Assembly: GCA_019828565.1 (NCBI GenBank)
Contig: JAHDYR010000061.1
Span: 1 to 46,357, forward strand
Reading direction: 5' to 3'
DNA: 46,357 nucleotides
From: Carpediemonas membranifera BICM
Taxonomy: Eukaryota > Protista > Fornicata
Part shown: positions 1-10,203 of the stretch, one piece after another
Layout of the letters: each line of letters starts with the position of its first letter
Numbering within the stretch: position 1 is the stretch's first letter
The notes under the pieces: model-generated
Told to the model about the DNA's origin: nothing
Database searches by the model: none
The model's input: only the letters and a program-made list of their open reading frames with translations
Made by a program: the position numbers and the translations under genes

Positions 1-55
1 TGCCGGTTTGCCTCATCATCATCACCAAATGTATCAACAAATGTAGAATGAAACG

Positions 56-176
56 CAACAACACCAACAACAACAATAACAACAACAATGCAGAAGAATG
101 GAATGGAATGGAATGGAAATGGAATGGAATGGAATGGAATGGAATGGAATGGCCAACAACAACAACAACAACACCA
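56..176. repeat. Compound microsatellite (CAA)n-(GGAAT)n-(CAA)n
   Basis: CAA runs at about 56-88 and 153-176 flank a GGAAT run at about 97-151. Confidence 0.95.
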
Positions 177-177
177 C

Positions 178-719
178 CTCGCCAGCCCGACCGACTTGAG
201 AGCCTGCGAGAAGGTGCTAGGCATCACAGCGGACATCGCAGATGGTGCCCCGGTGAATAGCAACCAGTCAGAGAGTTCCGGGGAATCTGGAGCTCGCTCA
301 CATCAATATCGCGGGCTGATGTGGCAGTCATGCCCGTGTGGCTGATGATAAGAGCCAGCGCATTGTAGGGGAAGACTAGTCGGACAATAGCTTCCGATGC
401 GACAGGCTCAAACTGCCCAAGCGGCTTGACATTGTCTCTGCCGGAGTTTCGGAATGAGTTGACGGCACTGAGAGTGACAGCAGCGGTTGCCTTGTTCAAT
501 GATGCAGCAAAACCGGGCACAAGCGATCTAACCTCCTCGGATCGGATCACGGAGAGCGCTTCATCCTCGGTACTCCCTCGCTCACGTTGTAAGAATTGAA
601 CGAACCGCGAAAGGTTGTTTTGCGACCGCTTTCCGGGAAGATTTCTTCTTAATCTTGTTCAACCAAGCTTCTTTCATAGCTTCCATGGTTGTTTCCATCT
701 CCTGCGGGCTTCCTTCCAT
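178..719 (-). pseudogene. Tyrosine-recombinase-fold protein, frameshifted and lacking catalytic motifs
   Basis: Joining frames gives MKEAWLNKIKKKSSRKAV/NLSRFVQFL...FAASLNKATAAVTLSAVNSF (core-binding-like), LALIISHTGMTATSARDIDVSEL (box A-like, T in place of catalytic R) and WLLFTGAPSAMS...FSQALKSVGL, then the microsatellite. Same layout as ORF 35330-35992. Confidence 0.5.
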
Positions 720-720
720 C

Positions 721-1052
721 GATATACGGATTTCAGACTTTCGTCATGCACAAAAATTCGAATCTCTCCAAATGCCCAAAACAGTGGTCAAACCGTGTTC
801 AGGGGTACAATAGAGTGCCATAGGCACGTTCTTGCATTTCAAAAATATTCTAGAGGTCGTTCATAAATTCTCAGATGGCCAACAGTACGAAAGTCTGAAA
901 TCCATTTATCATGAGACCCGACAAATTTGAAATCCATTTATCGGGTGGATACATCACTGTAGAGGGTATTCATGGATATAGGTGCCTTTTTCGGTGCCGA
1001 GGGGAGTCAACATTTGAGGTCGTGCAGGCAGAAAGTCTGAAATCCGTATATC
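721..1052. repeat. 22-bp perfect inverted repeat pair with internal partial copies
   Basis: gatatacggatttcagactttc (721-742) is the reverse complement of gaaagtctgaaatccgtatatc (1031-1052). Related copies at about 890-910 and 927-943. Confidence 0.85.
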
Positions 1053-1838
1053 TCATCACTGCTAATAGATCCTGGCAGACAACGGCCTCTTGGCAACGCC
1101 TGAGGTGTAAGGATTCGCTTGCCTCTGTGTTGTCGCATCAGCTTCGCTGAAAACGGGGGAACTTGACCCGCGCATTCGCGCACTTTATGCTCGCAACGAG
1201 ATTGAAATGGCGAACTTAAGAATAGAAAGAATACTGGCGGCTTTAACGTAGTAGGCATGTACACAACACTAAGAAACATCAGTTGGCGGGCGCAGAGCAT
1301 CACTAAAGCAACAATAATCCCTAAACAACATCAATCATCATAAGTCCATCAGGACCATACGATATGAACAATAAATGAACCACAGAGCAGTATAGATGAT
1401 TTGAGAGTACCAGGCATGGCCAGAATACCGCAATTATCGTCCGTTGATCCACGTGACCTCCATCTGGTCGGTATCCAGAGAACGCCCGTCAGACGCTTGC
1501 AACGGAACATTTAGGGGTGCATCCTGAATGGGGGCCAGATTTGAGGGACCCTTGGTCTGACATGCCATGACCGAGTACTCTAGGGGCCTCCACAGTGCGT
1601 CCCGAGGTACGTTATAGCACCACAGACTTGGTGTGTCTTAGCCTGCACCGCCCGAAAGCTCGCCGGATCACTCCCCATACGTTATATCGCCATTCAGTCC
1701 ACATAATGGGTGTTTTTCGGAGCGATTATATCCCCCGTTTGTATGGTATAACGTTTCCGACACCCTGTTGCCTACGGTTACTGGCAATTTTTCTCATCTC
1801 TGTTATATGTCCATTATTGGGATATAACGAAGAGAAGA

Positions 1839-3598
1839 ATGACGTTCGAATTCCTTCACGAGTGGATCGAGAGCACCTCAGATGATGTGATTGAGGCCGT
1901 TATCACCGAATTCAAGGAGAAGAAGACAAACAAGGCGAAGAGTGCCGTTCTTCGGGACAAATTGCTCGACGAGAACGATATCTTCGATATAGTCGTCAAG
2001 AACGGTACGTAATTGGTGCAAATGTTTATATAGGGATCAACTTCAACCACCTGTGCTCATATTTCGAGATTCAGGGCGAGAAGAAGGCAGAACTCGAGGC
2101 ATTGCTGTCTCAGCAGGTGCAGGATAAGACCTCGAACGAGATCATCGAGGCAACCTTCACGGAGAAGGAGATGAAGGCGTTTGAGTCGGCCGCTGTCACA
2201 GCCTTCAAGAACTCCAAGAGGGCTGAGTATGCCAAGGAGAATGAGGGCGCGCGTATCGAAAAAGAGGCGCTGAGTGTCAAGGTTCGGGCGTGGCGCAACG
2301 CGACATCCACCAACGCGCTTGTGCGCGACCATGTCACAGCAATGGTTGCCAGGGTGCGCAGCAAGGAGGCAGACCTTGCTTACATGAAGCACTCCTGCCG
2401 CTCGTACTTCGAAGAGTACATCATCGCCCTGGAATGGTTGGAGACCCCCGCGGGAGAAGGTACGCCCCTGCTCCCCCAGTTACTGGCGCTATCATCGATT
2501 ACTATCACAAAATTGTTCGAGGATACAAGAAGAGAGTCAAGCAGTTGAGGAAGAGCTTGACGGCAAAGAGTGAGGAAGTCATCACGCTGCATCGACGCCT
2601 TCTGCAGCAGCAGGCTGAGCGAGAGGCAGCCTATGACGCTGACAAGTCCATGGATGCATCACTCCCATGCAGCCCCATCCCGCCACAGTCTGGCACAGTC
2701 TCCAGGACTTCCTGTCCCCGACGCGATACGGACGAGGCGCAGGCAGCCATGTCTGTGAAGCGCAAGGCCCTCATCATCACGCCCGAGAAGGCCAGGCCAG
2801 AGGACTCGGAGGAGGAGTCAGAGGAGGAGGAGATAGAGGAGGAGGTGACTGTTGAGGAAGAAGGGTGAGTCAGATGAGGAGGACGTGACCAAATGCGACG
2901 CCTGTATCCAGACTGAGCCCGAGAAGGCCAGACCTGTGACCTGCGAGACTGGAACTGAGATGAACGAAGGTGACGACCGTACCCCGACAGATGACAAGGA
3001 TGTCCAGACCGAGGAGAGAGAGGACTGCCTGGACGAGTTCACACGTCACCTCCGGTCGAAGTTCAAGCCGTACAACCCCCCAGGCGATGGTGACTGTGTT
3101 GGCCACTGCCTCAGGCATGTGTCTAACGAGCGTGACGTACCGACAACAGATTGGCGTAAGCAGCTTCAAGCTGCTGCAGGGATTATGCAGAAGCGCGACC
3201 TACTTCCGGCAGACTATCAGCTCTTTTACAGCCATGCCAGTTCAACAGGCAAGGGTGGCAAGAACGACAGTCTTCCATACTGCCGGGACACCGCAATTCA
3301 GGTCTGGTCACAGATTCACAACATGCCCATTGCATCCATCCAGGACGGCACAATCGTCTTCTTCCAGGGTAGAGACAAGGGTTACATCACCCTGACAAAC
3401 ACTAATGCGAGCATGTCCGTCATCCGTGTCATTGCAAACGTAATTGGCGTCAATGACTACATTTATATCTCCGGCACGCCAACTGACGTCACAGCACACG
3501 CGGAAGTGTACCATGCAACACCTGTTGAGCTGAGGAAGGCAGAATCGCACCTGTCTGCCCAACAGAACACAGAGGATGACTGTTATTTTGTGGAATGA
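1839..3598 (+). CDS. Coiled-coil/acidic N-terminus plus OTU-like cysteine protease; one intron, two apparent frameshifts
   Basis: ATG at 1839; removing intron 2005-2033 joins in frame to ORF 2102. Frameshifts at a C-run near 2472 (5 C versus 6 C in the 14400 copy) and a G-run near 2863. OTU-like PGDGDCVGHCL...WRKQL...AIQVWS...YHAT. Confidence 0.75.
2005..2033 (+). other. 29-nt spliceosomal intron
   Basis: gtacgt...tatag; removal fuses ...VVKN|GINFNHL... into one open frame. Confidence 0.75.
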
Positions 3599-4210
3599 GT
3601 CAGTAGTAAATGAATGAATTGCGGTGGCGTCGTGGTGCTGCCGTGGTGCTGTTGGCTTTGGGGCGCTGACTGGACAGCTGGTGGCAGTATTGATGTTGTT
3701 TATGCAATTAAAGTTCCTATCGTTTCTTCTAGCTCGTTCCTTGTGTGGTTTCGTGGTTCCTTTGACTCGTTTGATGTTGTTGTTGAGTATCATGGGCCAT
3801 AGCGGCCGTCAGACGCTATTGATGTGTTATTATGCAAGCTTATATCCTCAATAAAGCTCTATAGCTCATTGGCACTGAGAAAATAGTGGGAAGTCGGTTC
3901 CCACTATTGGTGCACTTTATGGCTCGCAACGAGATTGAATGACGAACTCCGTCATCCGTGTCATTGCAAAAAGGTGATTAGCGTCAGTGACTACATTTAT
4001 CTCCAACTCATCTACAAATGCAAATATCGAGTGTCTCCACCCCATCATCTCTGCAATCTCTGCAAAGACTGCCATGAGAACTACTCTGCAATTGCGGGAA
4101 TCAAACTGAGTAAAACTGACTTGTGCTTGTGTTTTGGCGTGTCTTCGGTTGGGCTGTTGACTGACAGTGTTTATCGGCTGCTACAGGTTTCTCTCTATTT
4201 ACAGATCTAT

Positions 4211-4442
4211 TCACATCGAAAACTCGTTGTAATTTGCTATGTAGTATGAACAAAATGTCTTGATCCTTGCCGTGCAGCGCTTCATCTGCTCTAATTCACC
4301 ATCAATGCGAGAATCAATGAAGTGCGCTCGTTGAATCCCATAAACAACGTCTAGCTCCAATTCTATCCCTTCAATCGTTAATGCTATACGTTTCGCCGGC
4401 GATACCGGCGTCGCTCGTGTGTTTTTCTTCATCGGGCGTCAT
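4211..4442 (-). CDS. Small end-proximal ORF (copy of 16361-16591, one indel near the start)
   Basis: Identical peptide ...IQRAHFIDSRIDGEL... Confidence 0.5.
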
Positions 4443-5600
4443 CTGAAATGCGCAGTTTATGCGGAGCCTGGTTGGCTGTATAAAAGAGGTCCAGATGTGT
4501 ATCTATCCCTGTATTGACTATCGTGCGTGGAAGAGCGGCGAGCTTCTGGAATCAACGGGGCGAATCTGCCCTGTGTATTCCGGCAGCGCACGGCCCTGCC
4601 ACACGTCCTAACTCGTCATTAAGGTCGTTAGTGACCCTACAAACACTCATACGCGCATCATCCTACCTTTCATTAACGAGATTGACTCTCGCACCGCCCC
4701 AAATGGCCGTATGAACCAGGCGCTTGCCGGTCGCAACCTTTCGTCATCAATAGAACTCTATGCTCGCCACTTCACTGTTCCAGCAGGGTTATGTTGCCAA
4801 TCGGGACGTTTCAGATGTCTGAGCGAGCGATACTGAGTAAAAGCCGACTTGATATTGATTAGTTGTGGGAAAAGAGGCTTATGGCATCTAGAATGAGCGA
4901 AAGCATGCTCAGATGGGCAAATATCTCGAATGCTGTCTTGCTATGAGCTCTATCACAGTCATTTCTGGATATCTCCGACATTGCTTCCGTCATTACCATT
5001 TTTTTTCATGCAGGCGGCGTGACCTTAAACTGAACAATAACAATAACTCCCCCAATTGGAAGAGTTCACACCTGAAACCATTATGCCTGAGGTTTCAGCC
5101 AAGGGCGAGTACATTGCCGTCTTTTTTAATTCCAATAACTTTAACTTTTTTCTTCGCGTTGACCGCCCAAGAATGTTCTCCTTACACGACGGTCTGGGCA
5201 TCATCGTGTAGTAATACTTGTGTTTACTCGGCCTCTTGGTTTTTAGTTGCAGCGTAGAAAAATTCCCTGAGCTGTGCGCTCATCAATAACGCCTCTCGAC
5301 TCGGCCCGAGTCTTTTGCTAAAAATCTCGAGATCTGTTCTGTCCCCTTCGCAGATTTTTGTTGGATCACAAGCACTACTGGTGTAGATCAGATCCTGCAA
5401 AAAACTGCGAAGGGGACAGAGCCAAAGTGGTCGAACTTGAAAAAAATGGCTCTCGTCGTCAAGAAGAAGTCACCCATACTCAGGTCACAGCTTAGCCCAC
5501 AGTTAGCCATCAATGCAGTGAATAGAGAACTAGTACTGCTACCCAGCCATACCATTCTTATTTACTGACAGAGCCTGGTTCCTCTGATTAATTCAAACGT

Positions 5601-5676
5601 CTTGACTTAAAGTCAAGTTTTGGCCTTGACTTTAAGTCACAAAAACTTGACTTGAAGTCAAGGAATTGACAGTATG
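5601..5676 (-). repeat. Transposon terminus, subfamily 1 (TGACTTnAAGTCA palindromes)
   Basis: Ends ...ttgacagtatg at 5676, where identity to the 15127 copy stops abruptly; three palindromes. Confidence 0.85.
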
Positions 5677-7092
5677 GCGGCAGGGGGGGGCCTTCTCATC
5701 CGTGGACTGCCCGGCCACCCTCACCTGCCCCTGGTATTCTCTGATCTCTGCTCGGTCTCTGCCTCTGAAAGGCAAAACTGTCGGTCTAGTGTGGCCGCTG
5801 TGGTCCATGCACGCTGCTGAATCTGCTGGAGGTGCTGTTAGTATTTGTATGTTGCTGTTTGCTTTGGTCTCTGCTTATCTTTGAGGCATATCTGCATTTG
5901 GTCTCTGGATGTTCGTCGATGCACTGTCTCTGAAAGCTTCCCGGATGGTCTATGTTGGTCATATGGTTGCTTACTATAAATATGTTCGTTATCTGCGGTC
6001 ACTGTTTGTTTCTCTGTAATTCTCTGATACTTTTGCTGCGATTCTTCGTTGCCATTTTCGCCTGCATGAAAAAAAGTTGGCTAATGTATCGTCCTGAAAA
6101 TCGGTCAGCGTGGCCTTGTGCGGCTCCTGCAACTGTGTAGGGGTCTCGGTTTTCTTCTTTTTCTCTGGTTCGGCCGTAAACTGCGTTACGGCAAAATGGC
6201 GCGGTGTCCAAAAATGCACGCTGTTTTTCTCCGTGTACGGTCTCTGAATTTTGGGACTAACTTCACCCTAGGTAGTGCCTACCTAAGGACTATCTCTGGA
6301 CTCTGTGCCTCTGCTTGATCACTCCTCCTTCACTCTGAACATGCCAAAGACCAAAAGTGGTCGCGGCTTCTCGGTGTTCTCTGTGGGTTTCCCTGCTTAC
6401 TCTGATAAATATCTGTTCATTGTACTCTTGTATTGTCTCTGTGTTGGGCGTGGAGCTCCCACTCGCGCCCGGCGGAGATCCATGAATGCACCTTTGAGTT
6501 TGGCGGACAGGAAGCTGAGGCCGCTCCTTCTGAGCTGATGGGGGCGCTGTACCAGTTTACTGAGACAGGCCGTTGGCCTTTTATCCATCCCCGAACATAG
6601 TCTTTCGACTTAGCTGAATTCGATGGCGGACTCCTTAGCTGTCTTCCATATCTTTTCCCAGTCATCTCCTCTTTCAACCTCTGGGCACTCACACATAATG
6701 TGGGCCGCCGATCCCAGCGGCTGACCCCTTACCCACTCCCTGATTAGTGCCTGCTTCCTGGCTTGGTTTGGCTGCTCTCTCGCTATTTGCCACAGTAACA
6801 CTATCTCGCTCTCCTTTGTGCACAGGGGGCACCTCCTTTGTATCTTGTGTTTGAGTTCCTCACCCATCGCCAGGTCCGCCAGCGCTCGCTCTGGGCCTTC
6901 TCCCCTTTCCGCTGATGATGGAGACGGGCTGACATTCGCTGCCACCGACACTATTCTTTTCCACTCTGCCCTTGACTGCCACTTCCCTGTCTTCCTACTT
7001 ATGGCCGGTTTCCCCGCCATGCACTTTCCCATACGTTTGGGTCCTAGGACTTCCATGAGCCCCACCGCTGTCTTGCTCTTGCACCTGGACAA
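5677..7092 (-). pseudogene. Degraded retroelement-like coding remnant (possible non-LTR C-terminal CCHC finger)
   Basis: ORF 6610-7092 contains RRCPLC...AAHIMCECP, resembling the CxxC...HxxxC finger found after non-LTR reverse transcriptases. Surrounding frames are broken. Confidence 0.35.
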
Positions 7093-7094
7093 GG

Positions 7095-7262
7095 TACTAC
7101 ACAGTCGAGGACATAGTGTCTATCGACTGGAAGAATGGCACGGCCGTCGTTAAGTGGTTGAAATACAACGAGACGACCGTGGAGCCTATCAGCGCTGTTA
7201 AACACCTGGAAGTCGTTAAACGCAAGGCTCGCAAAGCGCGCAGATCCCTTGACAAATACTAG
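7095..7262 (+). pseudogene. Chromodomain at the end of a chromovirus (Ty3/gypsy) integrase, fragment
   Basis: Manual translation YYTVEDIVSIDWKNGTAVVKWLKYNETTVEPISAV...SLDKY* (absent from the ORF track), followed by a polypurine tract. Confidence 0.7.
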
Positions 7263-7311
7263 GTACATCCTCTTTTCCCCTTCCTCAGCGAGGCGGGGTT
7301 TTCTCTCAGTC

Positions 7312-7330
7312 AAGGGGGGGTAGTGACACG
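7312..7330 (+). other. Polypurine tract and probable LTR start (TG at 7324)
   Basis: aagggggggtag|tgacacg, 50 nt after the chromodomain stop, the usual arrangement for gypsy/chromoviruses. Confidence 0.6.
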
Positions 7331-7361
7331 TTGATTTCGGGATAAATCTCCGCAATATTCT

Positions 7362-7673
7362 CTCTCTATCAGCGCAGATCAGGCCAAGTCCAAGATCAAC
7401 CTACCACTCGTACCTGTTTTAGTGGGTAAGCAGAAGTTGACAGCGCTATTAGACTCGGGGGCTAACGTGTCGAGCATCCACCCTCGCCACGCAGCCAAGC
7501 TCGAGGTCACCTCCACCACACAGGAGCGCGTCGCAACAGCAGGCGGCGAGAAACAGTCACAGGGTCGAGTCAACGCTGCGATTAAGTTACAACCATCATC
7601 GTTCACCCCGCGCACTTGCACATTTAACGCCGAGTTACTCCTACTCGACACCGACTTCGACCTGATCTTGGGG
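7362..7673 (+). pseudogene. Retropepsin (LTR-retrotransposon aspartic protease), cut by a transposon end
   Basis: ALLDSGANVSSI...VATAGG...FDLILG; the frame runs into CATACTG at 7674. Confidence 0.85.
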
Positions 7674-7747
7674 CATACTGTCAACATCCCTAGATTATCT
7701 TTGCTAAACCCTAGATTATCTTCGACCTCAAAACGCTAGATAATCTA
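7674..7747 (+). repeat. Left terminus, subfamily 2 (TAGATWATCT palindromes)
   Basis: catactgtcaa, then motifs at 7691, 7712 and 7737. Confidence 0.85.
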
Positions 7748-7930
7748 CAATTTCTTGCTCAGAAATGAAGTATTCATTAAATTTAAGCTATTTAGAGATA
7801 AACGAAGGTCTTCTTTAGAGTCCATATGATGTACGTAGAGCATGGAAAGAAGCTCTGGCTCTGACTCCTTGCCTGGTTTGAGCATTTCGCCGTGCAGGTT
7901 AAGACGAAACGATAAAATGGACAATAACAG

Positions 7931-8034
7931 AAAATCTAACAGGTAGATTCACTACGATAGTGATTATGTGAGTAGTTGAAAGGAGGTACATATGCGCATA
8001 ATCACTTTCAGAGTGAATCTACCTGTTAGATTTT
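7931..8034. other. Long hairpin (23-bp perfect outer stem plus 10-bp inner stem)
   Basis: 7931-7953 pairs with 8012-8034; 7959-7968 pairs with 7997-8006. Confidence 0.9.
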
Positions 8035-8415
8035 GAGATATGGTCGATTTCTTGTTTTTTGACTTGGCTAGAGTCGAATTGAAGAAAAGGAGAGGCTATT
8101 ACTCAGGGAATATTGCTCGTCAAAGAAAAAGCAAGCAAGGCCGCGAGGTATGGCCACCCGACCTACAAGATGGGCTGGGTGTCATCGCGTAAGGACGACC
8201 GGTCGTGCGCGGTCAACGCTGACAAAACTTAGCGATTTAGAGAAATAAATGGCGCCACCGTATTCAGCACAAGACAGTGAACTCAGCTATATGGTTTTTT
8301 CTCAGTATATTTACCCAGCGGCTGATCCCACAGTTTAAGGACGGGTATTAGCCTGCACTTTGCATGAAAAAATTCTGCCTGAACACGACCAATTGTCCAA
8401 AACACAGCATTTAGC

Positions 8416-8622
8416 ATGCAACAGGAGCTGGAAGCAGCTGCAACATCTATTCTAGACCATTCCACAACGATTACGCAGGAAATTGACGCAATAGAGGCCA
8501 TTCAGTCCCATTACTTCATAGATTCACGCTTGAACGATATTACGAGCAGTATCAGGCAAGAAACAAGAAAGCTGAACGCGATTGGTGACTCCTTTCTCGC
8601 TGCGACATTTGCAGCATACTGA
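8416..8622 (+). CDS. Small end-proximal helical protein of unknown function
   Basis: EIDAIEAIQSHYFIDSRL aligns with ELDVVYGIQRAHFIDSRI of 16361-16591, at the same position in the element. Confidence 0.55.
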   Translation: MQQELEAAATSILDHSTTITQEIDAIEAIQSHYFIDSRLNDITSSIRQETRKLNAIGDSFLAATFAAY

Positions 8623-8891
8623 CAGCCACGACACGCCATTAAGCTTACGTCAGGGAGCGCCATCGCCAAGCAAGTAAATTGAGCTGTATACGACCACCAG
8701 AGACGGACGTATGAGTCAGAACGGTGTGCTACCGGAATACGCAGGGTGTTTTGTGCCCTGTTGATTCCAGGAGCACGCTGTCCTGGGTCACACAGGATTA
8801 TCACATAATCACTGAGCAATCGGGCTCATGGTACATTGTTTCATTGGATCTATCTTCATGAAAATATGTTTGAAAAGATTCAATTGTATCT

Positions 8892-10108
8892 TTACTGCTC
8901 CGACTGTTGAACCACCGACTTGAAGTTCTCAAGGCAATCGTCACAAAGACGGATCTTGGGAATATTCACGCCGTCAATGACGACCTTCACGGCAGTGGTG
9001 CCCATACAGCCCTTGTTACCACAGAACCAGTGCCCACACATCCGACAATGATATACCGAGGCGTTCTTCTGGCATGCGAAACAAGTCTTCTCCTGGACAC
9101 AAGCCTGGCATGTGAACTTCCACGAGGCCTTCTTTCTGTTGGCTTCTTTCGTCCAGTTGGCAGTCTTTAGAACATTTCTCCGGACGAGCAGGCACGCAAA
9201 CGGAATTGTCATGAAAGTTCCTGCCGCACTCTCCACACGAGACAAACTTTGACGTGTTGAGATTGCCAACCCAGTCCAAGCTGTGGCAATGGCCGCAACA
9301 GAAGGCAAGCATCCTCTTCTGCAAGTCAAGGAGGTTCTCTCCATCATCGTCAGAGTCTGAATCTGCGGTTACCGGCCGTTCTTTGAGCTGAGAGAGATCT
9401 TCCGACATGCGCTGTGTCATGCGATGGACGTCATCGAGTAGCATGACGTCACGCTTAGAGATAGACTCAGAGGGTCGAACGGGGTCAACCTTCACCTCCT
9501 GCTTCACTTGCGGCACGGAATGGGGGATTTCTGCTGTCTTGAAAAACGTCTTCGTCCGACCAGTAAATATGTCGGGTGCCGAAAGGTCCACCAGATTAAG
9601 GGACAGAGGACGCGAATCAAAATTCTGGGGGACGTCCAGGCCAACTCTCGTGAAAATCTTCTTCATCGCGGTCAGAAGCTCCGATCGCACCGGGTTGGGG
9701 GCCCGAGAGAGGTTATGAAACACTCTCGAAGGAGCCTGATCAGAAATGCCGATGTTGCAGTGGCAAGACTGGGTTGCCCACTCCTTAACATGCCCAATGA
9801 CAAGCCTACCCTGCGATACAGCCGTGAGGGACTTGATACCATCAAAGAATGTCGGATCAGGGTGGCAGGGCTGCAAGTACACCGAGATGATGTGATTGTA
9901 GGCATTCGCCACCTTACGGACAGATAGACCAGTCATATCCGTTCCAAACACATCAACGGTGATGCAAAAAGAATGCCTTGAGCATACCAATCATGAGAGC
10001 CGACCTGCATTCGCTCTTTGCGGCGTCATTCCACCTGACCATCGGCTTGCGTTTCTGAGAGTTCGTCTCTCGGGTGTCCGGAGTAGTTCCTTCATTTCCA
10101 CGCTTCAT
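8892..10108 (-). CDS. PHD-like plus FYVE-like zinc-finger protein (two apparent frameshifts)
   Basis: The ATG 10108 frame (CRSALMIGMLKAFF) matches the paralog (CRAIFAAAMLDTFF) and shifts at a T-run near 9967. CGHC...CGECGRNFH...C, then a shift to CQAC, CFAC...YHCRMCGHWFC...C...RLCDDC. Confidence 0.75.
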
Positions 10109-10203
10109 CTCTAGTTCCGTGGCTGGCATTAGATGATCTTCTCGAAGTCACGCATTTTTAGGATTTTTAGAATCTTTAGAATTCTTGAAAGAGCGACTGA
10201 CAG

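Larger units (their letters stand above)
3631..5676 (-). mobile_element. Internally deleted, inverted derivative of the element beginning at 15127
   Basis: 4058-5676 is a near-identical inverted copy of 15127-16745 and 3631-4049 of 20435-20853, joined by the 8-nt filler tctgcaat. Confidence 0.85.

Noticed and set aside
97-151. (GGAAT)n as telomere or satellite array
   Set aside because: Only about 55 bp, internal, and embedded between CAA runs; a simple microsatellite.
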